From Lytechinus pictus (lineage: Eukaryota), in assembly GCF_037042905.1 (NCBI RefSeq), contig NW_026974140.1:1180001-1244000 (forward strand): a stretch of 64,000 bases of DNA. Reading direction: 5' to 3'. A program made the position numbers and the translations under genes. Of the stretch, positions 37,201 through 50,480 are shown one piece after another. How positions within the stretch are numbered: the first letter of the stretch is position 1; the number at the start of each line of letters is the position of its first letter. The notes under the pieces are model-generated. The model was not told the origin of the DNA. It saw only the letters and a list, made by a program, of their open reading frames with translations, and did no database searches.

Positions 37201-39285
37201 ACCACAGCTACCAGCTGACGTTACCACACAAGGATATGGAAAATTACCACAGATGTTCATGTGGTAACCATGTGGTAACCTACATTCATGTGGTAATTTG
37301 TGTGGTAAAGCCGGGTACCACACAGTTATACCACACGACATTTTTGTAAGGGAACAAATCTCCAACACACTAGTTTCCAACGTTGTGTCATTGTCGACGA
37401 TCCAAGTAATCTCCAACTTACTAGTTTCCAACGTTGTGCCATTGTCGACCGTCCAACAAATCTCCAACAAACAAGTTTTCAACTTTGTCAACATTGTGCC
37501 ATTGTTGGTTGTTCAACAACTTTCCATCGAACTAGTTTCCAACGTCGCCAACGTTGTGCCTTTACTGGCTGTTCAACAACTATCCAATCAAACGTGTTTC
37601 CAACATTGTGACATTGTCGACTGTCCAACAACTCTCCAACTAACAAGTTTCCAACGTTGCCAACGTCGTGTCATTGTTGATTGTCCATCATCTTTCCATC
37701 AAACTAGTTTCCAACGTCGATTCAACGTAAATTATCCATCAAGTTTTTCCAACGTCCAACGACTTTCAAGTTTCCAACGTTGAGCCAACGTTGGCTTTTT
37801 ACCTGGGTTATTTCGTTTAGGGTTCACAGCACAAAAGAAGACAAATCAGCACAAAGGGGACTACCCTGGGCAAATCCATTGTGAATGTCATTGAGCAGCT
37901 TACCTAACAATAGGTCCAAGAGCAAGTTAGCAAGTTAGCCCCATATCATGGCTTCTACGATGCATTCTCGGTAGGCAAGTCTGCAAAATACTTGAGGCAG
38001 AGTGAATTTGAAGAAAACTACAAAAAACTCCTCAGAAATTGTCCAGAAGTATCCACGAACTATAATGAATCACATATCAGTTTCATCCGATGTAGGACGA
38101 CTTTCCAAATCCACTTTTGGTTCCTCCCAGAGCTCGAGAGGCCGCCCGCGGGGGCCCACTTCCATTGAATAGTGGATACCAGGCGCGACCATACGTAAAA
38201 AGGGAAAGAGTGGGTAAGTACGTTACGTATAGGCCTATGTGGCGTTATAAGGGTGTCAAAAACGATGATTAAAATACTGAAAAACGGGATATATTTCCAA
38301 TACTTGTAGGGTTTCACAACCCAAATACTTAAAGTATACACCCGAAGAATCAAAAGTATTTTATAATGACTTTATGTGGTCATCATTGTAAAGGGGAAGT
38401 ATAACTAATCAGATATATAACTTCACTTTTCAAAATAGTGATCAGAGTTTGCAGAAATCAGCTCTCAAAAATGAATTATTTTCATGCCATATTCTGCCTT
38501 CCACCGGTCCTCTTGCGAGCTCCAGCTGAGTGACGGCACACAATGAGCAGTGAGCAGCTGAGCTGAGAGCAGCCCATTGGAGACGATCTTTCCAATCAGC
38601 GTTTTGTGCTCTTAGAATTGTTTATTCCTCTTAAGATTGGTCTTGTTATATAGATAAAAGTTTGAATTTACTGAACAGTGAAAAAAGTGCACATTTAACG
38701 TATTTTGGTAACCGATATTTAGCTTAGAAATTATTTTTTTTTCAAGAAATATATGTGAATAAACAAAGCATATTTTCACGTAGAAATCACACTTGCGTCA
38801 CATTAATATTATAATCAATATAAAGCATAGACATTCTTCTTTATGAATGATATGAACAAAAATTATGAAATTTCATTAAGTAGCAAAGTCAGGAACCACA
38901 AAAAAAACACGGCAATATCCATCGCGAAATGACTGAAATTGCAGTTGAATTGCCGAAGCATTATTAGGCAACAGCGGCAAGCGGACTTTATTTTATATAT
39001 CTTAAAAATGCCTCTCCGGTAGGGCAGTGGTCTGTGGCCAATTGCGTTGGCCATTGTTTTGTCATGTGCGAGGACCCTGATTCGAAACTCGGATATTTTT
39101 TTTTTTTTTTTTTTTTTTTTAATTCCTTCCCCGTCCCTACCCATCTTTTTTCTCTTTTTATTTTCTTGTGAAATTCTATTCAGACCTGTATTTATCAAAT
39201 CGTGCTTCTTAATTGCTGCTTTTGATTTTCAAGTTCTTGATTAGATTATTTCTACTCTTATTTGGGATGGGAGGGGTAGAGTTAA

Positions 39286-39617
39286 AAGTCAAGTCCACAT
39301 CAACTAAAAATTATTTGAATAGAGTAATTTCCCTTGTTGTTTTTACTCAAAACAGTCATATACACAAAACAATGATATGCAAATTAGAGTTGTCACTCAC
39401 ATCACATTCGTTTCTATTTTTTGTGGCATTTTGTTTTTTATTCTTTGCAGATTTGACGATAGGAAACTCTTCATCTGATCACAATAGGTTATATTTACGG
39501 AACTGTTAAAATATCAATTATATAAATTTGAATCAAAGTTTTTATGAAATTTCCTGCAATATCTTGTTATTTTTCTTTAAATTCAAATGAATTTTTGATT
39601 GCGTGGACTTCTCCTTT
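39286..39617. mobile_element. Decayed TTAA-type MITE
   Basis: TTAA|AAGTCAAGTCCAC...GTGGACTTCTCCTTTA. Confidence 0.5.
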
Positions 39618-40019
39618 ACTCTTAATGTAGGGAATGCATAGCAAAATTTATCCAGAAACAAAATTGTCTTAGAATATGCAAATCAGTAATTGGACACATG
39701 TTCACTTTTCTTTCATCCAGGCCACTTCCTCACATCCACCAGGCTTTCAGTCTTATAACAAAAATGATGAACCATCACACAACAGCACACAACATTCACA
39801 TAATTCACGTAATTAGCCCAACACTGTTTTGATGACTGCATATTGAACAATTCCAATGGTACATATAGGATGTAAATACAAATAACACGGACAAATTAAA
39901 AGTTATATAATTGTGCCAAAAAATATTCGTTCAAAAATAAATAAAATGTAAAAGCTGATGTAAGAGTAAAAGAAAGAGAGAGAGGGAGAGAGAAAAAAAT
40001 GATTCTTCAAGTCAGTCAC

Positions 40020-41957
40020 TGTTGAGTTTTATGTATTTGGAAAACAATTTGCTTTTCAAATTTTGTTTAAAGCTGTGCAAGCTTTGGGAACCTTTAAGCT
40101 ATCATCTAATGAAATCCAGAATTTAATCCCAATAAACGAAAATATCTTAATTGTCCAAACAATATTGTCATTTCATCGTTAAGATACACAAAGAAAATAA
40201 TTGGATAACTTTCTCCTCTTTAATACTTCCTTATCCTTATCATTTGTTTTTTCCATGAAATAATATATTGGCCAAGTCATATTTTTATTGATAATTCAGT
40301 GTTTTATGATATTTAGTCCCACTTTGAGAAATCACTATATCACAGGGAGCAGGAGGCACATGCCCCCAAGTGCCCCCTTGCCCCCCCCCCCCAAAAAAAA
40401 AAGATAATAATAATAATAATAATAAATAAATAAATAACCGTAGGAAACTAATCCTTTACCCAAAGTTGAGGCCGTTTTCAAAATGAATATGTCTTTTTCT
40501 AACGAACATACTTTTTTTCTTGACTTTACCTTTTTAAAAGTTGCATTATATAATGAAATTTATTTAAGAAAATATCATATGCTTTATTGGCATTGTCATA
40601 ATCAAATAATACATTCCAATCAATTGATAACAACTTTTCTTGAAATTCCTTTATAGTATTTTTATTAATGAGTCGTTTCGCACAAACATCATCTTTAGTA
40701 TTGAGGCTATATTCTTTGGTGATCTGAAAAACTGGTAAATGGTCTGAAATGTCATTATAAAATAAGCCAGATGATATATTGCAATTTAGGTTATTGGTAA
40801 ATATATTGTCTATAAGAGTATATGAGGTGTTTGAAATTCTAGAAGGTTTGTCAATTAAAGGAAGAAAATTATTGGCATATAAGATATTAAGAAAATGGTT
40901 TGAACCCACACTGGTTGATTTAATAAGATCGATATTAAAATCTCCCATGATATAACAAGGTTTATTTTCACTATCAATTTTATCTAAACAATTCTGAAAT
41001 ATGTCGTTAAAATGAGCAATACTAGATTGTGGCTTTCTATTAATAATACCGACCAATATATTTTTTCTCTTATTCAAATTAACTTCAATAAATAGGGATT
41101 CATAATCATCTTCATTGGCAAGTATATCGTTTCTGATTGTAATATCTAACTTATCATCAACCAACAAGGCCACACCACCACCTCTTCCATGTTTACGGTC
41201 TTTATTGATAAAATTATAACCTGTGATATTAAACAAAATGGGAGTGCTATCATTGAGCCAAGTCTCAGAGAAACCATAAAAAGTGAAACTCAAAGGTAAT
41301 GTACGTATAAAGTCAGAAATAGCTTGAAAGTTTTTAGAGAGACTGCGTGAGTTAAAGTGTAACATACTAAAATGGTTATCCGAGCACTTATCCCTATAAA
41401 AGTCTTTAAATTCACTTTCAAGGTAGTATTTACAATTAAAATCAAGGTCATATTGCACATCAAACTCATCAAAATCATTGGTAAAGCTACTGTTTAAGTT
41501 ATTCAAATCATTGATATGTTGATGGTTTAATAAAGCTTTAGTATCGCTGAAAAAAAGTTTAAATTCGCTATCGTCAATACTACTAAAAGGAAATACAGAA
41601 TGTACACATCTTGAAAACGTACAATTGCATAATTCTACGTCAATGAAAGTTGAGTCTTTACAAAAAGGACAATATATGAGTGCTGCACAGTTACAATCAA
41701 CACAGAACATCAAGGAGATTTAAAAATGTCCATAAGGTTAAAAATGGCTAAAAGTTTGTGAGACAGTGGTAGGAGTACTTCATTTCATTCAACTATATTT
41801 TATCAACGTCTGCTTTGGACTTTATGATTATCTTCTGGCATCCTGGAGCTTTCCCTATGGCGAAGAGTCTACCATCAAGCGACCAAGCTGCTTTGACAGT
41901 GTTGCTACTTAGGGCATAGTTGAGAAGTTCTGCATTTGGTGCAGTGAGGTCCTCCAT
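40020..41957 (-). pseudogene. Outer LINE (L2/Crack-like): ORF1 C-terminus (41957-~41793), ORF2 APE domain (41713-40526), most of RT deleted, C-terminal remnant at ~40030-40140
   Basis: MEDLTAPNAELL...AAWSLDGRLF; HFNSRSL, SETWL, GGGVAL, MGDFNIDL, LIDNIF, SDHLPVF; GIKFWISL...FKQNLK. Confidence 0.82.
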
Positions 41958-42118
41958 CCGAACGCGCACAGGATACGATTTCTTAGCTCGGAATTTTCTG
42001 GATTAATATTGCTTTTTAAGTCATCATTTCAATAATTTCAAAGGTCTTGAGAATTCGCCGTCGAATACTATACTCCCTTGATCAGTTTTTGGATCAATTT
42101 CTCTGCCATTTGGACATC

Positions 42119-43003
42119 ATGCCTAACAGTACTACAGGGAAAAGGAAAGCTGCTGCAAAAAAGAAGACTGTGGTCGACAATCCCTATCAACCGCTAACCG
42201 GAGCTTCGGGGGAAGTTTGTATCAGTGATTGCGACGATTCGGAGGGCAATTCGGCTGCTCACCCAACCCTATCAACGCTTTCAAATTCAAATTCACCTGA
42301 TGGTATGAAGAGTGATTTGACTAACAAAGTGATTATTGCCCTACGCTCCCCAACTGTAGTCAAGGAGATCGTTGACGCGATATACACAACAATCTACGAA
42401 AAGATTGCAAATGAACTTCATCGGTCATTTCAACTTGATATGAAGAAGACCGAAGAGAAAATAGCATGCTTATCAGCCTCTTCTGACTCTTTGAAAAAAA
42501 GGATTGCAGACATGGAATCACTGATTGAAGACCAGGAGCAATACACAAGAAGGCAGTGTCTACGGATATATGGCGTGAAAGAAAGAGTTAATGTAAATAC
42601 CGATGACCTTGTCCTCGACATAGCTAAAAGGATCAACGTTGCTATTGACACGCGTGACATCGATAGAAGTCATCGCATCCGCTCCAGATTTGGAAATCAA
42701 CCTACCTACCAGTCCGCAACGTCGTCTGCTACGCCTGAACATCGTCCGAAACCAATCATAGTAAAGTTCTCGAGATATAACGCCCGTCAAGTCATGTATA
42801 GCTCGAAGTCTAGATTGAAAAACTCCGGTATAGTTATCAGAGAGGATCTCACATCACGTCGACAGGACCTTTTCTCCAAAGCTATGAAGCATCCGAACAC
42901 GAAATACACATGGTCTAATGATGGTAGAATCTTCTCGCTCACCAAGACTGGCCAGAAGATGTCAATAAGGAATGCCTCCGACATTGAACGTCTTGGTACG
43001 TAG
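42119..43003 (+). CDS. LINE ORF1 (coiled coil + RRM/CTD, L1 ORF1p/transposase_22-like)
   Basis: EQYTRRQCLRIYGV, DIDRSHRI, PKPIIVKF, IREDLT and WSNDGRIF; first ATG at 42119. Confidence 0.85.
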   Translation: MPNSTTGKRKAAAKKKTVVDNPYQPLTGASGEVCISDCDDSEGNSAAHPTLSTLSNSNSPDGMKSDLTNKVIIALRSPTVVKEIVDAIYTTIYEKIANELHRSFQLDMKKTEEKIACLSASSDSLKKRIADMESLIEDQEQYTRRQCLRIYGVKERVNVNTDDLVLDIAKRINVAIDTRDIDRSHRIRSRFGNQPTYQSATSSATPEHRPKPIIVKFSRYNARQVMYSSKSRLKNSGIVIREDLTSRRQDLFSKAMKHPNTKYTWSNDGRIFSLTKTGQKMSIRNASDIERLGT

Positions 43004-43052
43004 ATCCATCTCAGACTTGAATATTTAGTTGTTAGTGATTTTTCCTTCTTAC

Positions 43053-46000
43053 ATGGACACGTTAGATATCATCAAACGGTTCCATGACAATTGCTCCGCC
43101 GACATCTGCTCCGCCGACAATTGCTACGCAAAATACGACAACTGCTCCGCCGACAATTGCTCCGGACAGTTGCTCCGCCGACAGTTGCTCCGTCGACACT
43201 TGCTCCGCCGATATGTGCTCCGTCGACACTTGCTCCGCCGATATTTGCTCCGCCGATATTTGCTCCGCCGACATCTGCTCCGCCGACATCTGCTCCGCCG
43301 AAAATTGCTCCGCCGACAATTGCTCCGCCGATAATTGCTCCGCCGACATCTGCTCCGATTATACGACAATTGCTCCGCCGATAATTGCTCCGCCGAAAAT
43401 TGCTCCGATTATACGACAATTGCTCCGCGACAATTGCTCCGCCGATATTTGCTCCAAACTTAAACTATGCTTGCATGATATATTACATGTCATACACAGG
43501 GGCCGCGGGACGGTTTTCAAAGTGAGGGCTGAGTCAAAAGTGGGGGGGGGGGCTGTCCATGCTAAAAATCACAATCATATATGGTCATTCTTACGTTTTT
43601 TGGTACACGGCTTTGGAAAATTGGGGGGCTAAAGCCCCCCGGCTCCGCGGCCCCTGATACATGCATATAGAAAGAAATAGAAAAAACGGGGTAAGCACAA
43701 AGGAGGGAGAGATATTCTTAATGCTTATTCATGGTGGGGGGGGAGCATTTGTGTAAATTTTATTACGTGCCTGGCGATTAAAATGAAGAAAAAAAACGCG
43801 TTTTCATGTAATTATTATAACCATATAGCTCCATGTTATAACAGTAGAAACAAATTAGACATACCCCATTCTTAGCGTCAAAGTCGCTCAGACTGGCGAA
43901 ATATGCTCCAGGTGAAATTCAACGGTATACCCCACCTTATTTTGTCGAAAACCTGTACTGTAGTCACGCAAAATGTTTACTGTCGGCAAATTTTGTGCCA
44001 CACAAACATGACCAAGACATTCAGTAAGTAAAAATTAATATTCAAGAAAATACCAACTTGTGAAAGGCTACATGTCGTGTCACCTTCTCGGCACACCCCT
44101 CCACTCTGGTTTCCATATCCTCTCGTACACACAGTGCTCTCAGTCTGGTCTCCACATCCACATCATGTCATACACACCGTAGGTTTTAGATTATGATAAT
44201 ATTGTATATAATAGTGAGTTGCTTTTTTGTTTTATGTTGATCATGATTGTTTTCTTCACTGATAGAAAAAGGATAATTATTTTTTTTTAAATAATCCAAA
44301 AATAAAATCCATATGTTCTGTTTTATATAGTTATTAGTCAAGGTTACTTTAGTTCGCATTAGTTCTCATTGTTTATACGTTCTAATTCCTATGCATTATT
44401 CCGATTGATATTGTACTTTAAATTTGACTATGTATTGTTACTTTGATTATGTTGTGCTTTGTGAACGGAAAATGAATAAATCTTAATCTAAATCTAAATA
44501 TGGTCCGCCAATAGTCGAATTATATTCATTATGATGTTATAATGTAAGTAACAATTTGTTGTTGATGGGGGATATAATTTTACACGTAGTTTCAAAAAAT
44601 AAAAAAAATCAATCAAACAAGATTTTCTTCTATAAATGATATACCTTCATGTGTATATGGCAGCCTATGTATTTTCCAAAAATGAACTATATAAGAAGAA
44701 AACGTGTGTTCATGTACTTATTATCATTATCATTGTACCACCATTATCATCATCAGCATCTTCATCATCATTATCATTGTCGTCGTCGTTTTGCTTATGC
44801 GGAAATCAAACAAAAATGATTGTGAAAAGGGTTATGGAGGGAAAGAGAGAGAGAGAGAGAAAGAGGGGGAGTGAGTGAGAGCTTGAGGAAAAAAGGAGGT
44901 GTATGACTTATTATTTCTGAATATCGCGATTTCTGTTTATTCATGGGATTGAAATAGAAGGATAAACTTAACAAGTTCTTGTCATTATCATTTTTTTATT
45001 TGATTTACTGATCAGAACATGAGATCATGAAATGAAATCATGAAGACTGTACGTTCTCGACAGTTTTATTAACGTTTTCCAACCAAAACTACACTTTAAT
45101 GACTGCAAACACCTTCATTTTCACACACTCGCAACTATGGACACAGTATACATGTAATTGAGAGTAGTGTCATTTTCAAAACCTTTCTTAGCTGCAAGGA
45201 ATACTGAATCTCATTTCCACAATGTGCATCTGAATGCACAATGCCTGTGTTTTTAACATGTACCCAAATTACCAAATTTAAAGAACACATGTTAAGATCT
45301 AATGAATCAGCTAAATAATCCACATTCTATCATGATCAGCAGGCATAACAGCCTATATACTCTTCAATACTTCAATTACAGTTTGTCGAAAGAAATAACA
45401 CAAACAAAGAAAAAGAAATATATAGAATTGTAACTCTGGTAAATATATCAAAAATATTCAATTAACGCATCGTGCTCTCATTTCTTTTACGAGATATCTC
45501 CCCCTCCCCCCCGAGATATGCTTCATGTTTACAATTTTAAAAAAGGCGTATAAATGTCCCCTTTCCATGTCAATAACAGCTCGTGCTTTGTGCTCGCATT
45601 ATAAATTCAGTGAGATGCGTATTGGGTTTCATGAATTTGTAACTATATTATTGCTGGTATATATATTACTGTCTTTTAAAAATAACATTATTTGTTTAGA
45701 CGTAATGAGAGAGATACATACATATATGCATTTATTATAATATATTTATATTGTCGCTATTGCACAGAATAGAACAAAAATACAACCGAAGTCTAGTTTA
45801 ATAGTAACTCACCAGTAGCGTAATGAGCCAACAACAAAAAATGGAGGGGGCGAGACAAGGATGACATTTATTTTCCTTTCCTTTATTCTTTTTTTTTTCA
45901 TTGGTAGGGAGAATGGGGGGATCCGTGACCCCTAGCACGCCCCTCCCCCATCTGTACGCCAGTGAGGATCATACTTTCGTTTGAAACAAATTGAAGGAAA

Positions 46001-49000
46001 AAAGTGCAAGGGTAGATAAGGCCGAAGACGTAAATAAAAATTATTGATAAAAATATTAATGATTATAATACTGATAAATATACAATAAATCAAGCGGTCA
46101 CCAATAAAAATAAACAACGTGAAAGAACAAAACGAGAAAGAGCCCGCGCGAGTGTATGGTGTATAATTTGCTGGAAAGCAGAAGAGATATTGTGTCCAAC
46201 ACCCCCCCCCCCCCAAATTCTCTCCCCGCTCAAGACCGGAGTGAAACCAATGATAATAATATAATATATTAAAACAAAAATCCAGATTCACAATTTCAAT
46301 GGGGAGTGTGTCATTCCCCTTCTCCGTTACAATTTGTCAAGTGGCAGCGGCAGGGAAAACAATTTGTTTTGTTTTTTAAGCAGAAAGCTGCGATGATAGG
46401 GAGAGAATAAAATAAATAAAACATTAACGAATAACAAGAACAAAACAACGACAAAACAATTTGTATCAGGATGAATTTCTTATCATTTAACCTAGACCAA
46501 CTTGGAGAAATAAGATGTTCATGCAATTGTCGTATAATCGGAGCAGATGTCGGCGGAGCAAATATCGGCGGAGCAATTGTCGCGGAGCAATTGTCGTATA
46601 GTCGGAGCAATTTTCGGCGGAGCAAATATCGGCGGAGCAATTGTCGTATAATCGGAGCAGATGTCGGCGGAGCAATTATCGGCGGAGCAATTGTCGGCGG
46701 AGCAATTTTCGGCGGAGCAGATGTCGGCGGAGCACATGTCGGCGGAGCAAATATCGGCGGAGCAAATATCGGCGGAGCAAGTGTCGACGGAGCACATATC
46801 GGCGGAGCAAGTGTCGACGGAGCAACTGTCGGCGGAGCAATTGTCCGGAGCAATTGTCTTATTTTGCGTAGCAATTGTAGGCGGAGCAGATGTCGGCGGA
46901 GCAATTGTCGGGTCACCCATCAAACAACTTAATGAGAGGGATTTCTCGCCTGTAACCGAAGAAGAAGAAGATGACTGTGACTTTGTCTTTGTTCAAAATA
47001 CACACTGTAAATATTTTAATGAAGATCTTTTTCATAAGAGCATTCGTACTGTCTCATTGAGACAATTTAGTCTCGTCCACTTTTATGCAAGAAGTCTATA
47101 TAAAAATTTTGATAGCATATGTGCATATTTAATTTCTTTAAATTATCCTTTCTCCTTGATTGGAATAACCGAAACTTGGATGAATAACAGACCTGATATA
47201 TTTTCTCTTCCTGGATATACATTTTGTCAATCGGCTCGTTTATCTGGAAAAGGTGGAGGAGTGGCATTTTTTATAAATAGTAAACTAAAATTTCGAATTT
47301 TAGACAATTTAGATTTTGATATTGATGGTGTAGAATCGTTATTCATTGAAATTTCTCATACCAAAGTCATCGGAGTTGTGTATCGTAAACCTTCAAGCAG
47401 CATTGCCGATTTCATAACTTCGAAAATATATTACACTCTCCGTTATTAACTCACAAGTCATGTTATATCATGGGTGATTTTAATTTGAATCTTTTGAATG
47501 TTAAAAGCGTTTCAAACGTTAATAATTTCTTGAATATGTTTTTCTCCTTCGGATTTTTCCCCTTATTTGATAAACCTACCCGTATATCCGGTAGCACAGC
47601 TACTCTTCTCGATAACATCTTTACTAATGTAACAAATGAATCTGTTCTCTCTGGTATTTGTGTTTCTGACATTAGTGATCATTTTCCAATTTTTCATATT
47701 TCTTCTTCATTTGAATCTACAGAGGAATTTTATACCAAGAGTTTACAACGCAACATTACTCCTTCCTCTGTCACTTCTTTAACTAATGATCTGAATACAG
47801 TTGACTGGAACACGGTTCTACAGTCAGAAGACGTTAATTCTGCTTATGATATGTTTCTCTCTAAGTTTATATCTCTTTGTGATAAACATATGCCTCCTCT
47901 TAAGAATAAAAGGAGCAATCGTACCAAAATTAAAAAGCCTTGGATAACTTCTCATATCATGAAATCTATAAAATTCAGAAACATTTTGTATGGTAAATTA
48001 AAACTAAATCCATCTCCTGGAAATGAACGCAAATATAAACATTACCGTAATAAAGTTAACATTATGAATAGGAGTGCGAAGAGAAAATACTATTTTGAAA
48101 AATTCAGAGCTGTAAAATCCGATTTACGCAAAACATGGAGTGTCGTTAACAACATTTTGAATAAGAATAAACATTCCTTTATTCAATCAATTAATTATAA
48201 TGGTTGCTCTATTAATGATCCAAATGAGATTGCAAATGTTTTCAATAACCATTTTGTAAATGTTGGCGCTAATCTTGTTGACTCGATTCCGGTTTCTGAT
48301 TTATCATTTTCTTCTTTTTTGCGAGGAGACTTTATCCAAAGTTTCTTTTTCAAACCAGTCACTGTGAATGAAATCTTGGTCATCATTAACAAGATGCACA
48401 ATGGGAACAGTTCTGGATATGATAATGTTAGCACACGTCTTTTAAAGTCAGTAATTAAATCTTTGCTCGTTCCATTAACTCATATTTTCAATTTGTCATT
48501 GCATACTGGAGTTTTTCCATCTGTTATGAAAATCGCAAAAATTATCCCTGTGTTTAAAAAGGGTGATGCAGATAACATTGACAATTATCGGCCGATTTCA
48601 ATTTTACCTTCATTTTCTAAGATTCTTGAAAGGCTGGTTTTTAATAGACTCTCTAGTTTTTTACATGATTTTAATGTATTATGTTCTGACCAATATGGAT
48701 TTCGTAAAGATTTTTCAACAGGGTCTGCAATTCTTGATTTATATGATAAGATACTACGTTATGTTGATGTCAATAATCATGCAATATGTGTTTTCATTGA
48801 TCTTTCGAAAGCCTTCGATACCATACCTCATGATATATTGTTAGCTAAATTACGTTTTTACGGCGTCAGAGATCTGCCTCTTGCCTGGTTTCATAGTTAT
48901 CTGTCTGACAGAAAACAGTATACATCAATAAATTCTCATAATTCTTCTAATAAAACTATATTACATGGTGTGCCCCAAGGTTCTATCTTGGGGCCTCTGT

Positions 49001-49899
49001 TGTTCCTACTTTACATGAATGACTTTGGTAACTGCTCATCTTTCTGTAAATTCACATTTTTTGCAGATGATACCACCATTCTTGCCTCTGATAAGAATTT
49101 TGAAATTTTGACGGAAAAAATGAATTTGAATCTGAAATACGTGTATGAATGGTTGGTCTGTAATAAACTTTCTTTAAATATATCGAAAACCAAATTTATT
49201 GTATTTAAAAGTAATAGAAAATCAACTCCTATGTATAACAATGTTTCTATTTCTATCAACAATATTAGAATAGAACAATGCACAGTGTTTAATTACCTTG
49301 GTATTCATTTAGACGACAACCTGTCTTGGGATTCTCATATATGTTATATCACAAAAAAAGTTTCTCAATGTGTTGGTATAATTAACCATTTAAAATTTGT
49401 TCTCCCTCTTCGCATTTTGTTTATGTTATACAATGCTTTCATCTTGCCATACATTATGTACTGTAATTCAGTCTGGGCAATGAAACATCCTTCTAAACTA
49501 ACCAAGTTACATAGACTTCAGAAAAGGGCATTAAGACTCTGTTCAAACTCTTCTTATCTTGCTCCTTCACAACCTTTATTTTTAAAATTCAATACTTTAA
49601 ATATTTATGACATCAATAAATTACAAATTGCCTCCCTGATGCAGCGTTTCTTTTCAGATTCACTGCCTCCTAACCTCCAACTTATATTCAGTCTTAACAG
49701 CTCTATCTACAGTTATAATACACGAAGCTCTAATATGTTCCATCAGTGGAGAGTTTCGTCACATTTGTTACACTGTTCTCTCCGTTATGTTGGTCCAATA
49801 CTTTGGAATACTTTACCTTCTTCTTTACAGTCTGTACGTTTTAATAATGCCTTTAAGAGGCTCTATAAAAGACATCTTCTCTCTTTTTATGATGCCTAA
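43053..49899 (+). pseudogene. Inner LINE ORF2 (APE + RT), split by the insertion at 43078-46917 and a frameshift at ~47418
   Basis: Removing the insert and one TSD gives MDTLDIIKQLNERDF in frame. ITETW and YRKP precede the shift; CYIMGDFN, SDHFP, YRPIS, DLSKAFD, GVPQGSILGP, FADD and YLG follow it. Confidence 0.9.
43078..46917. mobile_element. 3.8-kb non-autonomous MULE/MuDR-like element with minisatellite TIRs
   Basis: 8-bp TSD CATCAAAC (43070-43077 and 46918-46925). Inverted ~380-bp arrays of a 15-bp TGCTCCGCCGACAAT-type unit; GG...CC ends; non-coding interior. Confidence 0.85.
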
Positions 49900-50480
49900 T
49901 TGTAAATACGTTTAATTGTTAATATCACTTTCCTTTCTCAGTTTAAATGTCATCAATTATATACATTGCAGAGAGTACTATACCGGTTTTTCCGTGGATT
50001 CAATACTCGGACCTTTGTTTGGCGCTATTGCGCAGGTGAATCTCTTCACCCGCCGGGAGCGGCTGCATATTTCTATGGTGGTGTGTGGATCGCGCGTTTG
50101 GCTGTTGCTGCGTCGGGTGTCTTATGCTTGACGTAGTAACGGCTTTTATGTGCGTTCTGCATACTGCCTGGTATGTGCATTGGCTCCCGGCGGGTGGATG
50201 GAGACACTATGTCCGGGCGTTGTTCATTGTAAAGCCTGTATACAATAACATGTAATCATGATTGTTGTGCGTTTTGGTGCATCCAATTCATCAAGCCTTA
50301 TTGGCTTTTACGGATGCACCCTTTCCATTATTTCTAATTATATTTCGTACTTTATTTTTTGTATGCTATGTATATTACATTTCCTATTTGTATCGTTTTA
50401 ATCAATTTGATATTTCCACTTTTACTTGTGTATATATATATGTATTTTTAATGGAAATAAATAAATGAATGAATGAATGA

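Larger units (their letters stand above)
27676..37352. mobile_element. 9.7-kb non-autonomous CMC (EnSpm/CACTA-like) DNA transposon
   Basis: TIR CCCTTACAAAAATGTC(C/G)TGTGGTA at both ends; 2-bp TSD AA (27674-27675 and 37353-37354), confirmed by the empty site. Dense TTACCACA subterminal arrays. No transposase ORF seen. Confidence 0.88.
41958..50480 (+). mobile_element. Full-length inner LINE (L2/Crack-like) inserted into the ORF1 of the outer LINE
   Basis: ORF1, interrupted ORF2, 3' UTR and an AATAAATAAAT(GAAT)n tail. Removing it rejoins the outer ORF1 as GSGKSI|MEDLT. Confidence 0.88.

Noticed and set aside
43029..43632. Multiple overlapping low-complexity ORFs (also 46311-46932, 56255-56912, 21654-25686, 28036-28356, 36072-37783)
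   Set aside because: They are translations of 15-bp, 42-bp and other tandem arrays, open in several frames on both strands; not genes.
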